Virus record (IMG/VR): IMGVR_UViG_3300047323_000545
From: a virus
Length of the DNA: 64,000 nucleotides
Strand: one strand, 5' to 3'
Made by a program: the position numbers and the translations under genes. Position 1 is the first letter of the stretch. Every line of letters starts with the position of its first letter. The notes under the pieces are model-generated. The model saw nothing but the letters and a program-made list of their open reading frames with translations, did not search any database and was not told the origin of the DNA. Shown piece after piece: positions 17,815-26,862 of this stretch.

Positions 17815-19719
17815 CTAGAGCGTGGTGGGTGTGCTGGGGCGGAGGCCGAGGCGAGCGGCGTGGCGGGCCGTCCCGACAAAGGTGACCACCTCGGTCGCTT
17901 CCCAGCCGACTGCGGGCAGTTGCGGCATGAACCGCTTGTGCCGGTCGACGTATTGCAGCGTCATATGGGCCGTCCAGCCGTGCTCACTGGGAAGGCGGTA
18001 CCCGTATCGCTCCAGGTAGTCGGCCAGACTGACGTGCATCTGTACCCCGCCAGGTATATCGGGGTGAGCCCACAGGACGTGCTGGTCTTTGTAGGCGTTG
18101 TTGAACGTGCCAACGCCTCCGATGTGGATCGTAACTGCCTTTTGCCGCATTGCCCAGGCCGAAACCAGTTGGGGCAGCAATGCCAGCTGCTCCTTGGTGT
18201 AGTCGGCCGCATTGCCCAGGTACGCCAGAGTGATATGCAGGTCATCGACCAATTGCCCGCCGTGCAGGGCGAGTTGCTCGGCCACCTCGGGCGGTGGAAC
18301 GAACGCAACCATCACGCCATCGCCGTTCGCAACGGCAGCCGCCTGCCGCTGCAGCAGGCGCTCCTCGGCCTCGGTCAGTTGCAGGGAGGCGGTGTGATGC
18401 GTCGGCTCGGTCCACTCCTCGTCGGGACCGTGGACGGCAGGATGCTCGATATGAGGGCCGTTGTAGCCCCACTCGTTGATGTCGTTGCCGTCGGTGTGGA
18501 CGTGCTTGGCCGGGACGGTGGCCTTGAGGACCGGCCAGTCTTTCGAGGGGTCGTCTGGATGCATGCCGTGCTCGCGGGCGTACTGGGAAGACGTGCTGAC
18601 CCAGTCTCCGGTGCGGATGTGGCTGACACCGTGTGGGACTGAGCGGTAGATGGTCACTGGGGTGTCCGGCTTCCCCTTGGTCCGGTGGACGGCCGCCAGG
18701 GATTCCTCGTGGGGCTCCCCAATGCTGCCCCAGTCGGGGTTGTCGAGGTCCTCCTGATTGAAGGCGCCCCCCTCCCCGCTGGGGTGGGTCGGATCGTGTA
18801 GCGGAGCATTGTGAGGGCCTGGAGCCCGGTGCATCATCTTGCCGTCGTCGTCCACGGAAGCAGTCTGCTGCAGGTTTGCCGTCCGGAAGAAGTCCGTCAG
18901 GCCGGACAGGCGCTTCTGGGCGGCCTCGTAGTTGTGGGGGCCGATGTGGCCGATGAACAGCCGGTGCGCGCTCTCGGGCGAGGTGGGGTTGCCGTCGGCG
19001 TCCTCGAAGCGGTGGGTGACGCGGTGCAGGAAGTCGGCGCGGGACGAGCGCCAGCCGCCGTTCTCCCACTGCCCTCCGTTGAGGGCGTGGTCGTACTTGT
19101 GCTGCTCGCCGCGTGCGAGGCGGTCGATGGTGTTGAGGGTCTTCTCCTGGACCTCGGGGTGGAGGCCGTCGAAGTCCTTCTCTGCGCCCTTGTGGAACTC
19201 CACCGGCAGGGAGCCGCCCTCGTGGCTGGCGCCCAGGCGCTGCTCGGCGTCGGCGACGTTGTGTCCGGCGTAGCCGACGTGGAGGGTCTTAGTGTCGGGG
19301 TCGGTGCGGTGGACGACCTGGTGGCCGCCGGAGGTGATGGCGGCGTGCCAGCCCTCCAGCGGGTGGGAGAGCGGGTAGCTGGTCACGCCGGAGCGGCCGT
19401 GCTGCAGGGCGGTGATGGTGTCCTGCACGTGGCGGGCGCCGCCTCCGAGGCGGTCGAGGTCGCCCTGCAGCTCCGGGTGGCGCTCTACTTCTGCTGCTGC
19501 GCGGACACGGCGGCCCGGTGCCGCAGCTCGTTCAGGCTGACCGGGCTGCGGTCGCTGGCCGTCTCGTGCCGGTGCAGCAGCTCGGCCTCGATATCCGGCG
19601 CGATCAGCTCCGGGGTGGTCGGCAGCTCGTCCTGCGGCAGGGTCGTTTCGTGCATGGTCCCCTCCATGGGAGGCATCGTACGCGCCACGGAAGTGGGCGA
19701 CGGCGTTGAACTCGGTCAT
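17815..19719 (-). CDS. Polyvalent protein: two RelE/ParE-like domains, an ART-like domain and a 2H phosphoesterase
   Basis: VEFHKGAEKDFDGL...IGHIGPH (RelE-like); IYRS...WVSTS...NEWGY (ART-like); LHITL...AHMTL (2H). Confidence 0.75.
   Translation of the reverse strand: MTEFNAVAHFRGAYDASHGGDHARNDPAAGRAADHPGADRAGYRGRAAAPARDGQRPQPGQPERAAAPGRRVRAAAEVERHPELQGDLDRLGGGARHVQDTITALQHGRSGVTSYPLSHPLEGWHAAITSGGHQVVHRTDPDTKTLHVGYAGHNVADAEQRLGASHEGGSLPVEFHKGAEKDFDGLHPEVQEKTLNTIDRLARGEQHKYDHALNGGQWENGGWRSSRADFLHRVTHRFEDADGNPTSPESAHRLFIGHIGPHNYEAAQKRLSGLTDFFRTANLQQTASVDDDGKMMHRAPGPHNAPLHDPTHPSGEGGAFNQEDLDNPDWGSIGEPHEESLAAVHRTKGKPDTPVTIYRSVPHGVSHIRTGDWVSTSSQYAREHGMHPDDPSKDWPVLKATVPAKHVHTDGNDINEWGYNGPHIEHPAVHGPDEEWTEPTHHTASLQLTEAEERLLQRQAAAVANGDGVMVAFVPPPEVAEQLALHGGQLVDDLHITLAYLGNAADYTKEQLALLPQLVSAWAMRQKAVTIHIGGVGTFNNAYKDQHVLWAHPDIPGGVQMHVSLADYLERYGYRLPSEHGWTAHMTLQYVDRHKRFMPQLPAVGWEATEVVTFVGTARHAARLGLRPSTPTTL
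19485..19655 (-). CDS. Nested out-of-frame 56-aa acidic protein, antitoxin-like
   Basis: GGAGG RBS 5 nt before the ATG, strong GC3 bias, stop falls at the start of the first RelE-like domain. Confidence 0.6.
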   Translation of the reverse strand: MHETTLPQDELPTTPELIAPDIEAELLHRHETASDRSPVSLNELRHRAAVSAQQQK

Positions 19720-22700
19720 GCTGCGGTCTCCAGGTCCGTGGCGGCGGTCCCGTCGTGGGCGTGTTTCCAGTCGATGAGCTGCTGCAGCGGCTTGCCCGGG
19801 GCCTTGTCGAGGGCCTTCCAGGTCGCGTTCGCAGGATCGTAGAGGCCCGACCCCTCGGGGCCGAAAGCGCTGTGGCGGTCAGCGTGGAGGTAATCGTACA
19901 GCGCGGCGCCCTCGCGCTCGCGGACTTCGTCGGGCAGCTCGGCGATGGCCTTGATGAGCTTCTGCAGGGCGTCGAAGACGTCCCAGGTGGACTCGGGCAG
20001 CTTCTCGGGGCCGAAGTCGTCGGGGACCTCGACCGGCTCGACGGCCCACTCGTCGCGGGTGATGTCGTAGGCGGCATAGGGCTTGAGTGCCTTGATGTCG
20101 TACGAGCCCGGGTTGACGTACCAGGTGGATTCCCAGGGACCGGTCTCTTTGCCGTCCGGGCCGGGGAGCATGCGGGCGTCGTCGTTCAGGCCCTCGCGCA
20201 GCTCGTCGGTGAGCTTGGCGTCGACTGCATCATCGGGCTCGCCGGTGAAGTGGTCGACGTGGTAGTTGAGGGCCTCGTGGTCGACGCCGATGAGGATGTC
20301 GAGGTCGTTGTTGCCATACCAGTGGGAGGCCTCGGAGCCGGTGAGGTAGACGCGGGCCCAGGACTGCCAGGAGTCGCCGTACTTCGGTGTCCAGAAGCTG
20401 TTGAGCAGGCTCAGGAGGTGCTGGCGGACGATGGGGTGCATGCGGCGCTGCTCGTCGAACAGGCGCGGGTCCAGGCCCTTCTCCCCCGGCGCGAAGAAGT
20501 GGTCGCGGGGCAGCCATTCGTGGTGGTGCTTGTAGGGCTGGGTGTTGTCGGGGACCGGGGTAGCGCCGTGGCCGCCGTCGGTCAGTCGGCCATCGCAGGC
20601 GGCATCATCCGGGCTGTTGGCGGGGACGGTGCGGCCACCGTCGCAGTGGTAGCACTCGAAGCCGGTGTCGTGCTCGCCGGTGCCGCCGCAGCAGGGGCAC
20701 GGCTTGGTCGCGGCGGCCTGGCGGCGGATGGGCTCGCCGTGGACCTCGACGGCGTCGCCGGTGCCGGTGCGCCACTCGTGCTTGTCGCCGCCGGGGAAGC
20801 CCTGGGCGCCGGGCCGGGGGCGGAGGTGCAGGACAGCGAAGTTGGAGGGGTCCTTCTTGGCGAACGCCTCGCGATCGTTGGAGGTGAACAGGACCGACGG
20901 CTTGCCATTGCCGGACCACTCGCGGGCTCGGGAGAACGCGCCGTACTCGTCGTGGCGTTCCTCGACGTTGGGGTCTCGTTCCCAGCCGGTGCCGACCTCT
21001 CGGCCGTCCTTGGTGACGCCGAAGTTCTTGTGGATGGTCGGGTGGGGGGTCCAGCCCTTTTCCTTGGCCTCGGTGTAGGTGGCGAAGCCGGGCTCCAGGC
21101 GCTTGCCGCGCCTCATGGAGTCCTGCGCGTATTCGTTGTGGCCGCCGGATACGCCGTGTTCGAACGCGTCGTGGAAGGGCTTCTCGGCGCCCTCGGCGTT
21201 CTGGGCTGCGCGGTGCAGGTCGGCGAAGGTGGTCTTGCCGTTGAGGTGGTCGTGGTATTCGTGCAGGGCGTCGAGCATGCTGTGGGCGTTGTCTTCGCGG
21301 TGGGTCATGGACAGCCACTCAGGGGTGCCGCCCAGGCCGTGGCCGCGCCTCTGACCGAGTTCGTCGCCGCTCCTGAGGCCGTGGGCGGCGACCCCAGCGG
21401 CGTCGGTGGTGGTGTGGTACAGCTTCTGCGGCAGCGGCTGCCAGCCCTTGCCCTCCGAGTGCTGGCCAGTCCAGTCGTCCCGGGTGTCCTCGCGGGCGTC
21501 GCCGGTGTAGCCATGCTCGCGGGCCTGCATGTAGTCGAGGTGCCCGAGGGACAGGCCGCGCCGGACGCGGCTCTGGTGATCGGACCAGTCCTCGCCCTCC
21601 CCTCGCGCGAAGGACTCCGCCCCAGCGACCGTGGTGAGGGTAGCCATAGTCCGACCGCGCTGGACTCGCTTGCCGTCGGCGTAGCTCTTCCACCAGGCCT
21701 TGCCGTCGGGCGTGCGGTCGCCGTGATCTATAGGCGTGCCCGGGTGGCGGCGCTGCATTTCGTCCATGAGGGCGGAGCCGACGCCCTTGCGCTGGTGGTC
21801 CTCGTGAGTCTTCAGCTCATGGACAGTGATCTTGTTGTTTTTGCGGCGGGGCACCTGGTAGTCGAGGAAGCCCATTTCTTCGCCGGTCTCGGGGTGCAGG
21901 GCTTTGAGCTTGATCCTTGTCGGCCAGATCGAGCTGCCGGTGTCGGTCTCCTCGTGCTCAAAGTCGGGTGTGAGGGCGGCCTGCCGGGAGATGCTGTGGC
22001 GCTGCTCGATGCCTGCGCGGTCGGGGTGCCAGCGCAGCCAGTTCGTGGCGTCCTCGTGGCTCAGCTCGTGGGGCTTGACCCAACCGTCGCGCACAACGCC
22101 GTCGGTCATGATGGCGTTGCTGTGGGCGTCGCTGTGCTCCTCGGGGGCGTCCCAGTCGACGTCGTCGAGGTCGTGGCCGGGGTAGTTGCTGTAGTGGTTG
22201 CCCGTTGCATGCTCGTGGGCGGCGACCGCGTGGGGGTCGGCGCCGTGCCACGGGGGCGGCATCTTGGCGTCACTGGCCGGGGCGTCGTGGTGGCCGTAGT
22301 CGATGTGGCCGTTGTTCTGGACCTCGGCGTGCTGGCCGACGGGGTGCCACTTCCAGTCGGGGTGGGTGCGCTCGGGGTGCATCGGGATGGGGTGCCCGTG
22401 GGGTTCGTCCTGGCCGTGCCAGACGTAGGCGCCGTCGATGTGGACGTGGCTGCCGGGCTTGAGGCGGACTTCGGCCTCGTGGTCCATGGAGCGCGTGCGT
22501 CCGTCCCAGGACGGGTGGGAGCGGGGGATGGTCTGTGCGGCCGGGTCATCGACGCGGCCCTGCCAGAACATGCGGCGCTGGCCCTGGCCCGGGGGCGGGG
22601 TGAAGGCGGAGTCGGGGTTGACGCTCCAGTGCAGGCCGACGCCGGAGTGCTGCAGGGCGTCGTGGGGTGCGCCCTCGCGGGCCTCTCCGCGCCAGATGGT

Positions 22701-22862
22701 GGTACCCGGGACGGGGTTCTTGGCCAGCTGCAGGGCGCGGTGTCGGTGCTCAATGAAGTCCGGGTGGCCGAGGGCGTCCTCCTGCTCTGGCGGGAGCTGG
22801 GGGCGCGGCGAAATCTCGCCTGCAGCCCGCTGGAAGAAGCCGATCGCGCTGATGTCCGTCAT
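19716..22862 (-). CDS. Polyvalent protein: ART-like, GNAT, second ART-like, CxxCxGxG Zn finger, Pol-beta-type nucleotidyltransferase
   Basis: IWRG..HWS..EAEV; HQRKGVGSALM; LYHTT..GL; CPCCGGTG..CYHCDGG; YLTGS...DLDILI. Confidence 0.75.
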   Translation of the reverse strand: MTDISAIGFFQRAAGEISPRPQLPPEQEDALGHPDFIEHRHRALQLAKNPVPGTTIWRGEAREGAPHDALQHSGVGLHWSVNPDSAFTPPPGQGQRRMFWQGRVDDPAAQTIPRSHPSWDGRTRSMDHEAEVRLKPGSHVHIDGAYVWHGQDEPHGHPIPMHPERTHPDWKWHPVGQHAEVQNNGHIDYGHHDAPASDAKMPPPWHGADPHAVAAHEHATGNHYSNYPGHDLDDVDWDAPEEHSDAHSNAIMTDGVVRDGWVKPHELSHEDATNWLRWHPDRAGIEQRHSISRQAALTPDFEHEETDTGSSIWPTRIKLKALHPETGEEMGFLDYQVPRRKNNKITVHELKTHEDHQRKGVGSALMDEMQRRHPGTPIDHGDRTPDGKAWWKSYADGKRVQRGRTMATLTTVAGAESFARGEGEDWSDHQSRVRRGLSLGHLDYMQAREHGYTGDAREDTRDDWTGQHSEGKGWQPLPQKLYHTTTDAAGVAAHGLRSGDELGQRRGHGLGGTPEWLSMTHREDNAHSMLDALHEYHDHLNGKTTFADLHRAAQNAEGAEKPFHDAFEHGVSGGHNEYAQDSMRRGKRLEPGFATYTEAKEKGWTPHPTIHKNFGVTKDGREVGTGWERDPNVEERHDEYGAFSRAREWSGNGKPSVLFTSNDREAFAKKDPSNFAVLHLRPRPGAQGFPGGDKHEWRTGTGDAVEVHGEPIRRQAAATKPCPCCGGTGEHDTGFECYHCDGGRTVPANSPDDAACDGRLTDGGHGATPVPDNTQPYKHHHEWLPRDHFFAPGEKGLDPRLFDEQRRMHPIVRQHLLSLLNSFWTPKYGDSWQSWARVYLTGSEASHWYGNNDLDILIGVDHEALNYHVDHFTGEPDDAVDAKLTDELREGLNDDARMLPGPDGKETGPWESTWYVNPGSYDIKALKPYAAYDITRDEWAVEPVEVPDDFGPEKLPESTWDVFDALQKLIKAIAELPDEVREREGAALYDYLHADRHSAFGPEGSGLYDPANATWKALDKAPGKPLQQLIDWKHAHDGTAATDLETAA

Positions 22863-22918
22863 CCCTGCACCTCCAGCCCTTCACGTCGGTGAAGAGCTGG
22901 TGGACATGGGAATGGGAG

Positions 22919-22948
22919 AGCCCCCCGGCGGTACCTGTCCGGGGGGCT
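22919..22948 (-). terminator. Hairpin terminator
   Basis: AGCCCCCCGG/CCGGGGGGCT. Confidence 0.6.
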
Positions 22949-22954
22949 TCTCGT

Positions 22955-23106
22955 GTCTCGTGAGACGTTTTAAGTAGTGGTCAGTCCCGCCAGACTCCAC
23001 CACACCCCGGCGCCATCCAGCCGACCTGATCGGTCAGTCACCGGGTGGCACGTTGAGGCACGCCTGCCAGCTGCAGTGCTTACGCCGCAGCCCTTATTCA
23101 CGAGAC
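22955..23106 (-). ncRNA. Candidate ~150-nt multi-stem RNA
   Basis: Closing stem GTCTCGTGA/TCACGAGAC, four internal hairpins, upstream promoter-like and downstream terminator-like elements. Confidence 0.5.
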
Positions 23107-23157
23107 GACGCCATCGTGCCACGGAGTTTTCCTCTCGGGCAAGGCAGCCATTCCTGC

Positions 23158-25359
23158 TCAGCGGCGATATCCGGACCTTGTGCGACCGAGACCTTGATCC
23201 CAGCCCTGGCGTCCGGTACGGGTGCGCGTGAAGGATCGCAGAGCGTCCAGGCGGCCCTGCATGTCCTGGTCAGGCATGGCCAGGTCAGGGGTGCGGGCGC
23301 TGGATCCGTGCAGGCCGCCCATCATGGCGCCAGTGGGCATGGCGCCGTTGAGCATCTCCTTGTAGCCCTCGATCCAGTCGCCGATGAGGGCGAAGGTTGT
23401 GATCATGATCGCATCGGCGATGTCCTTGGTCTGGACGGGGCCGATGGTGGGGTGATCGACGCGGTTAATGCCGGGCTTCTTCTGGAGGAACTTCAGCTCC
23501 AGCATGCCCTCTTCGTGCTCGGGCGCGTGGACGAGGCCCATGTTGATCGCGGCCTTGAAGGTCTCGGCGTAGCGCCAGTTGAGCTGGTTGGTGGCTGTGC
23601 GCTCCCAGATGTTGACCTTCTTGGGCAGGCGCGTTCTGGCGGTCCGCTTGACGAGTGACTGGATGGATCCGACCGACTGGTACTGGTCGAAGGTGAAGTC
23701 CTCGGGGGCGAAGGGGACGATCATGTCGTCCCAGATCCAGTCCTCGACCTCCTCGTAGTCGATGGTGTGGCCAGGAAAGTCGGCCGGATCGAAGTAGTGG
23801 ATCTTGTCGAAGACGACGTGGGGGCGCCCCTCGGCGTCGATCTCTGTATGGGCGAGGGCGACGCCGAAGCGGCAGTTGACGGAGCTGGGGTCGGCGTGGC
23901 CCTTGTACGTGTAGGCAAGGATGCCCTGGGTGGTGGGCAGGATGAGCGGGCTACCGTAATCGGCGGGGCGCTCGTGCCACGGACCGAAGACGGATTCGAC
24001 CTTGTCCGGATTGAGGTAGGCGTCCAGGACGGTGGCCCACTGGGCTCGGCGCTCGACGGCGAAAGTGTCGGGGTCGGCCTTCTCCAGTTTGCGCATCTCT
24101 TCGTCGAAGTTCTGGATGGCGCCCTTGAGGGGCTTGAAGCCGGGCGGGTCGCAGTCGACGTACTCGCCGTTGTCGCCGGTGAATCCCTCGGGGAAGAGGG
24201 GCAGCTCGTGGGCGATCTGCCAGTCGAGGTAGACGTCCCAGCTGGGGAGCTGGATCATCATGACGTTCGCGTAGGTGGGGGTGCCGTCGTCCTCGTAGCT
24301 GGTGGCGCGCAGCCAGTTGTCGTAGAACTTGCCGCTCATCTCCCATGGCGAGCTGGGCTCGACGATGAAGCCGTCCTTGCCGAACTGGTCGAGGGAGGGG
24401 GTGGAGGCGTCGTAGACCTCTCCGGCGGAGCGGTTGGCGCCTGAGTTGACGACGTGGGCCATCTCGTCGAAGCCGAGGATCATGGAGGCGGGGCCACGGC
24501 CTGCCATGACGGTGGATTCCTTGGGCAGGATGTGGAAGGTGGCCATGTCCATGGCGGTCTTGATGCCGCGCTTGCGCATGTCTTCCATGCGGATGAAGTC
24601 GTTCGGCGCGTAGACGGAGAGCTTCTCGCCGAGGCTGTCGGCGATGTACGGGGCGAAGCACGGGCCGCCGGTAACGACGTTGACGAGGTCGCGCCACAGG
24701 TTCTGCTTGGCCTGGTCGCGCTTACCGGCGAAGATCAGCACGGCGAGCTTCTTGTCGCGGTCGACGCCGTAGAACTCCTGGGGGTCGCCCTTGGCCATGT
24801 AGCACCACAGGACGTAGGCCATGGCCAGGGCGCTGATGTGGCCCTTGCCTGCGCGGCGGCCCATGACCAGGAGGATCTCTTTGAACCAGCTGTAGCCGAG
24901 GGCCTTGCAGGCGCGCATGCGGCCCAGGAGGTCCGGGGAGCCGGACAGGGGCATCTTGGGGGCGTCCTCGTTGCCTTCCAGCAGGGCCTGGGCGGCGATG
25001 GCGTCGAGGGCCTCGGTCATGATGCCGTCGACCTCGGCTGCGAGGGCGTCTTCGGGGCTGGTCTCGGCGAGTTCGGCGGCGCGGGCGGCGCGCTGTTCGT
25101 TGGAGGACTTGGCGGTGCGGTAGGACTCGTCCCACTCGGCGACGACCCGGTAGTCGTAGTCCGTGAAGAGGTCTTCACGCAGGAAGAAGACCTTCAGGAG
25201 AGTGGCCTGCCTCGGGTAGAGGTTCGGCCGGTTCAGGTACCTCTGCGAGACCACGAACGTAATCGGGTCGGGGACCTCCAGGCCCAGGAACAGCTGGTGG
25301 ATCTCCGTCGGATCGAAGTTCGCCAGGGGCGAGTTGTCCTCGTTGTTCTTGCTGGTCAT
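23158..25359 (-). CDS. terL: Terminase large subunit
   Basis: Walker A GRRAGKG, Walker B LGFDEMAH, nuclease HADPS...FDQYQ...DIADA. Confidence 0.88.
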   Translation of the reverse strand: MTSKNNEDNSPLANFDPTEIHQLFLGLEVPDPITFVVSQRYLNRPNLYPRQATLLKVFFLREDLFTDYDYRVVAEWDESYRTAKSSNEQRAARAAELAETSPEDALAAEVDGIMTEALDAIAAQALLEGNEDAPKMPLSGSPDLLGRMRACKALGYSWFKEILLVMGRRAGKGHISALAMAYVLWCYMAKGDPQEFYGVDRDKKLAVLIFAGKRDQAKQNLWRDLVNVVTGGPCFAPYIADSLGEKLSVYAPNDFIRMEDMRKRGIKTAMDMATFHILPKESTVMAGRGPASMILGFDEMAHVVNSGANRSAGEVYDASTPSLDQFGKDGFIVEPSSPWEMSGKFYDNWLRATSYEDDGTPTYANVMMIQLPSWDVYLDWQIAHELPLFPEGFTGDNGEYVDCDPPGFKPLKGAIQNFDEEMRKLEKADPDTFAVERRAQWATVLDAYLNPDKVESVFGPWHERPADYGSPLILPTTQGILAYTYKGHADPSSVNCRFGVALAHTEIDAEGRPHVVFDKIHYFDPADFPGHTIDYEEVEDWIWDDMIVPFAPEDFTFDQYQSVGSIQSLVKRTARTRLPKKVNIWERTATNQLNWRYAETFKAAINMGLVHAPEHEEGMLELKFLQKKPGINRVDHPTIGPVQTKDIADAIMITTFALIGDWIEGYKEMLNGAMPTGAMMGGLHGSSARTPDLAMPDQDMQGRLDALRSFTRTRTGRQGWDQGLGRTRSGYRR

Positions 25360-25673
25360 GGCGGCGGCCCTCCTCGCCCATTGGGGCGCCGGAGCGGCCT
25401 CTCACAGCAGCCAGCAACCGTTATCCGACCGTTACAAATGAGGTGCGGGCAGCGCTCCCGGCCGAAAACGGGCTCTTCCGGAGCCCCGTTCGTTCCCCGG
25501 CGCACCCCCGTCGCCGCTCCGGCCGCGCTCCGGCCGCCGAATCGCCGAAACAGGCTTCCTCAGCCCTCCCCCGGCCGCCGGGCAGGGGCTTTGACCTGGG
25601 GCTTCGCTCCCCTACTGTGGTCTCACCGGGTTGGCCAACCCTCCTTGTAGACACACGAGTTGAGGAGCCCGAG

Positions 25674-25880
25674 ATGGCGAAGAAGAAGCTCACCGGCACG
25701 CTGACGGTCACCTTCAAGGTGAAGCAGACCGACGGCTCCGTCCCCGAGACGCTGGACGCCCTGGAGGAGTGGGTCGAGAGCGAGTGGGGCGGCCTGGAGG
25801 TCTACGTCGCCGACCCCGGCGAGGAGGACGAGACCGTGGTGGAGCTGGAGATCGAGAAGATCACGGTCACCACGAACTGA
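25674..25880 (+). CDS. Small acidic protein
   Basis: GAGGAG RBS; followed by a terminator. Confidence 0.7.
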   Translation: MAKKKLTGTLTVTFKVKQTDGSVPETLDALEEWVESEWGGLEVYVADPGEEDETVVELEIEKITVTTN

Positions 25881-25891
25881 CCCGGGCGCAG

Positions 25892-25929
25892 CGAGGCCCC
25901 TCCCCGGTGCTCGTCGGGGAGGGGCCTCG
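25892..25929. terminator. Bidirectional hairpin terminator
   Basis: 15-bp inverted repeat between convergent genes. Confidence 0.75.
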
Positions 25930-25939
25930 GGCTCTTGGG

Positions 25940-26419
25940 CTACTTCGCCGGGCTGGTCACCGACGGCTGGCCCTGGACGCCGGAGACCAGCGGCACGCCG
26001 TTGGCGCCGGAGGGGATGTAGACCACCGAGGAGTTCTTGCCGCTCTTGGCGATCTCCTTGAGGGCCTCGGTCATCTCGAACTGCACGTACAGCGGGGTCA
26101 GGGTCTTGGCGATCTCGTCCTGGGACTCGCGGATGCCCTTGGCGTTCTCGAACCGGATCTGGGCCTGCTGCTGGGCGACCTTGACCCGCTGCTGCTGGTT
26201 CTTGATCTGGATCGCGGTGACGGTGACGTCGTTGCTGGCCTTGATCCGGGCGACCGTGGCGGCGTTCTTGGCGTCGGTGACCGACTGGTAGCGGCCGAAC
26301 GCCTTGAAGCCCGCGACGGCGCCCATGATGATGCCTATGAGCACCAGGAGGCTGACCAGGGCGTAGACGCCGATGCGGACCGGGCTGATGCCGTCGTTCT
26401 CGCGGCGCGTGTCGTACAT
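25940..26419 (-). CDS. Membrane protein with SPFH/prohibitin-like C-terminal coiled coil
   Basis: One TM; AKGIRESQDEIAKTLTPLYVQ...VVYIP. Confidence 0.65.
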   Translation of the reverse strand: MYDTRRENDGISPVRIGVYALVSLLVLIGIIMGAVAGFKAFGRYQSVTDAKNAATVARIKASNDVTVTAIQIKNQQQRVKVAQQQAQIRFENAKGIRESQDEIAKTLTPLYVQFEMTEALKEIAKSGKNSSVVYIPSGANGVPLVSGVQGQPSVTSPAK

Positions 26420-26458
26420 GGGGTTCCCCTTTTTCAACGGTTCGACGGAAAAATGGAT

Positions 26459-26728
26459 TTACGGTTTCCGGTGGTGGTTCGGGCAGACCTTGAGGTGGTC
26501 CAGGAGCCGGGCCAGGTACTCGGCCGGGTAGGCGGAGTTGCGCTTGCCGCCGCAGCAGGGCGTCTCGGCAACGGTGTGGATGCCGACGAAGCCGGTGCCG
26601 CTGGAGGTGAGGATCTCCAGGAACATGCGAACGCGGTCGACCTGCTCGCCGCAGTTCCCGCAGCCCTGAGGGATGATCGCGACGGTGACGCTGTCGTCGT
26701 CCCAGTCGCGCAGGCGGCTGTCCTTCAT
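26459..26728 (-). CDS. Small Cys-rich protein
   Basis: CGNC...PCCG; ATGA overlap. Confidence 0.55.
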   Translation of the reverse strand: MKDSRLRDWDDDSVTVAIIPQGCGNCGEQVDRVRMFLEILTSSGTGFVGIHTVAETPCCGGKRNSAYPAEYLARLLDHLKVCPNHHRKP

Positions 26729-26862
26729 CGGCGGCCCCCGCGCGACAGCTCGTACCAGCGCCAAAGCTGCGCGGTGCTGTACTTCACGTGCCAGTCCGGC
26801 ATGTCGTCGTGGAGGTAGGGCAATCTGAGCCGCCTGACCAGGAATGCGCGCAGGTAGCTCAT
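26725..26862 (-). CDS. 45-aa protein (below the ORF-track cutoff)
   Basis: MSYLRAFLVRR...GGRR; TGATG and ATGA overlaps at both ends. Confidence 0.55.
   Translation of the reverse strand: MSYLRAFLVRRLRLPYLHDDMPDWHVKYSTAQLWRWYELSRGGRR

Noticed and set aside
19755-22892. 1045-aa plus-strand ORF and other long antisense ORFs
   Set aside because: These are antisense shadows of high-GC3 genes with no motifs.
22955-23106. tRNA or a 43-codon peptide gene
   Set aside because: No T-loop GTTCRA or cloverleaf dimensions; the ORF lacks an RBS and codon bias.
25410-25620. Hairpins and a GCTCCGGCC tandem upstream of terL as a pac site or RNA
   Set aside because: The stems are short and GC-rich at a level expected by chance; there is no independent support.
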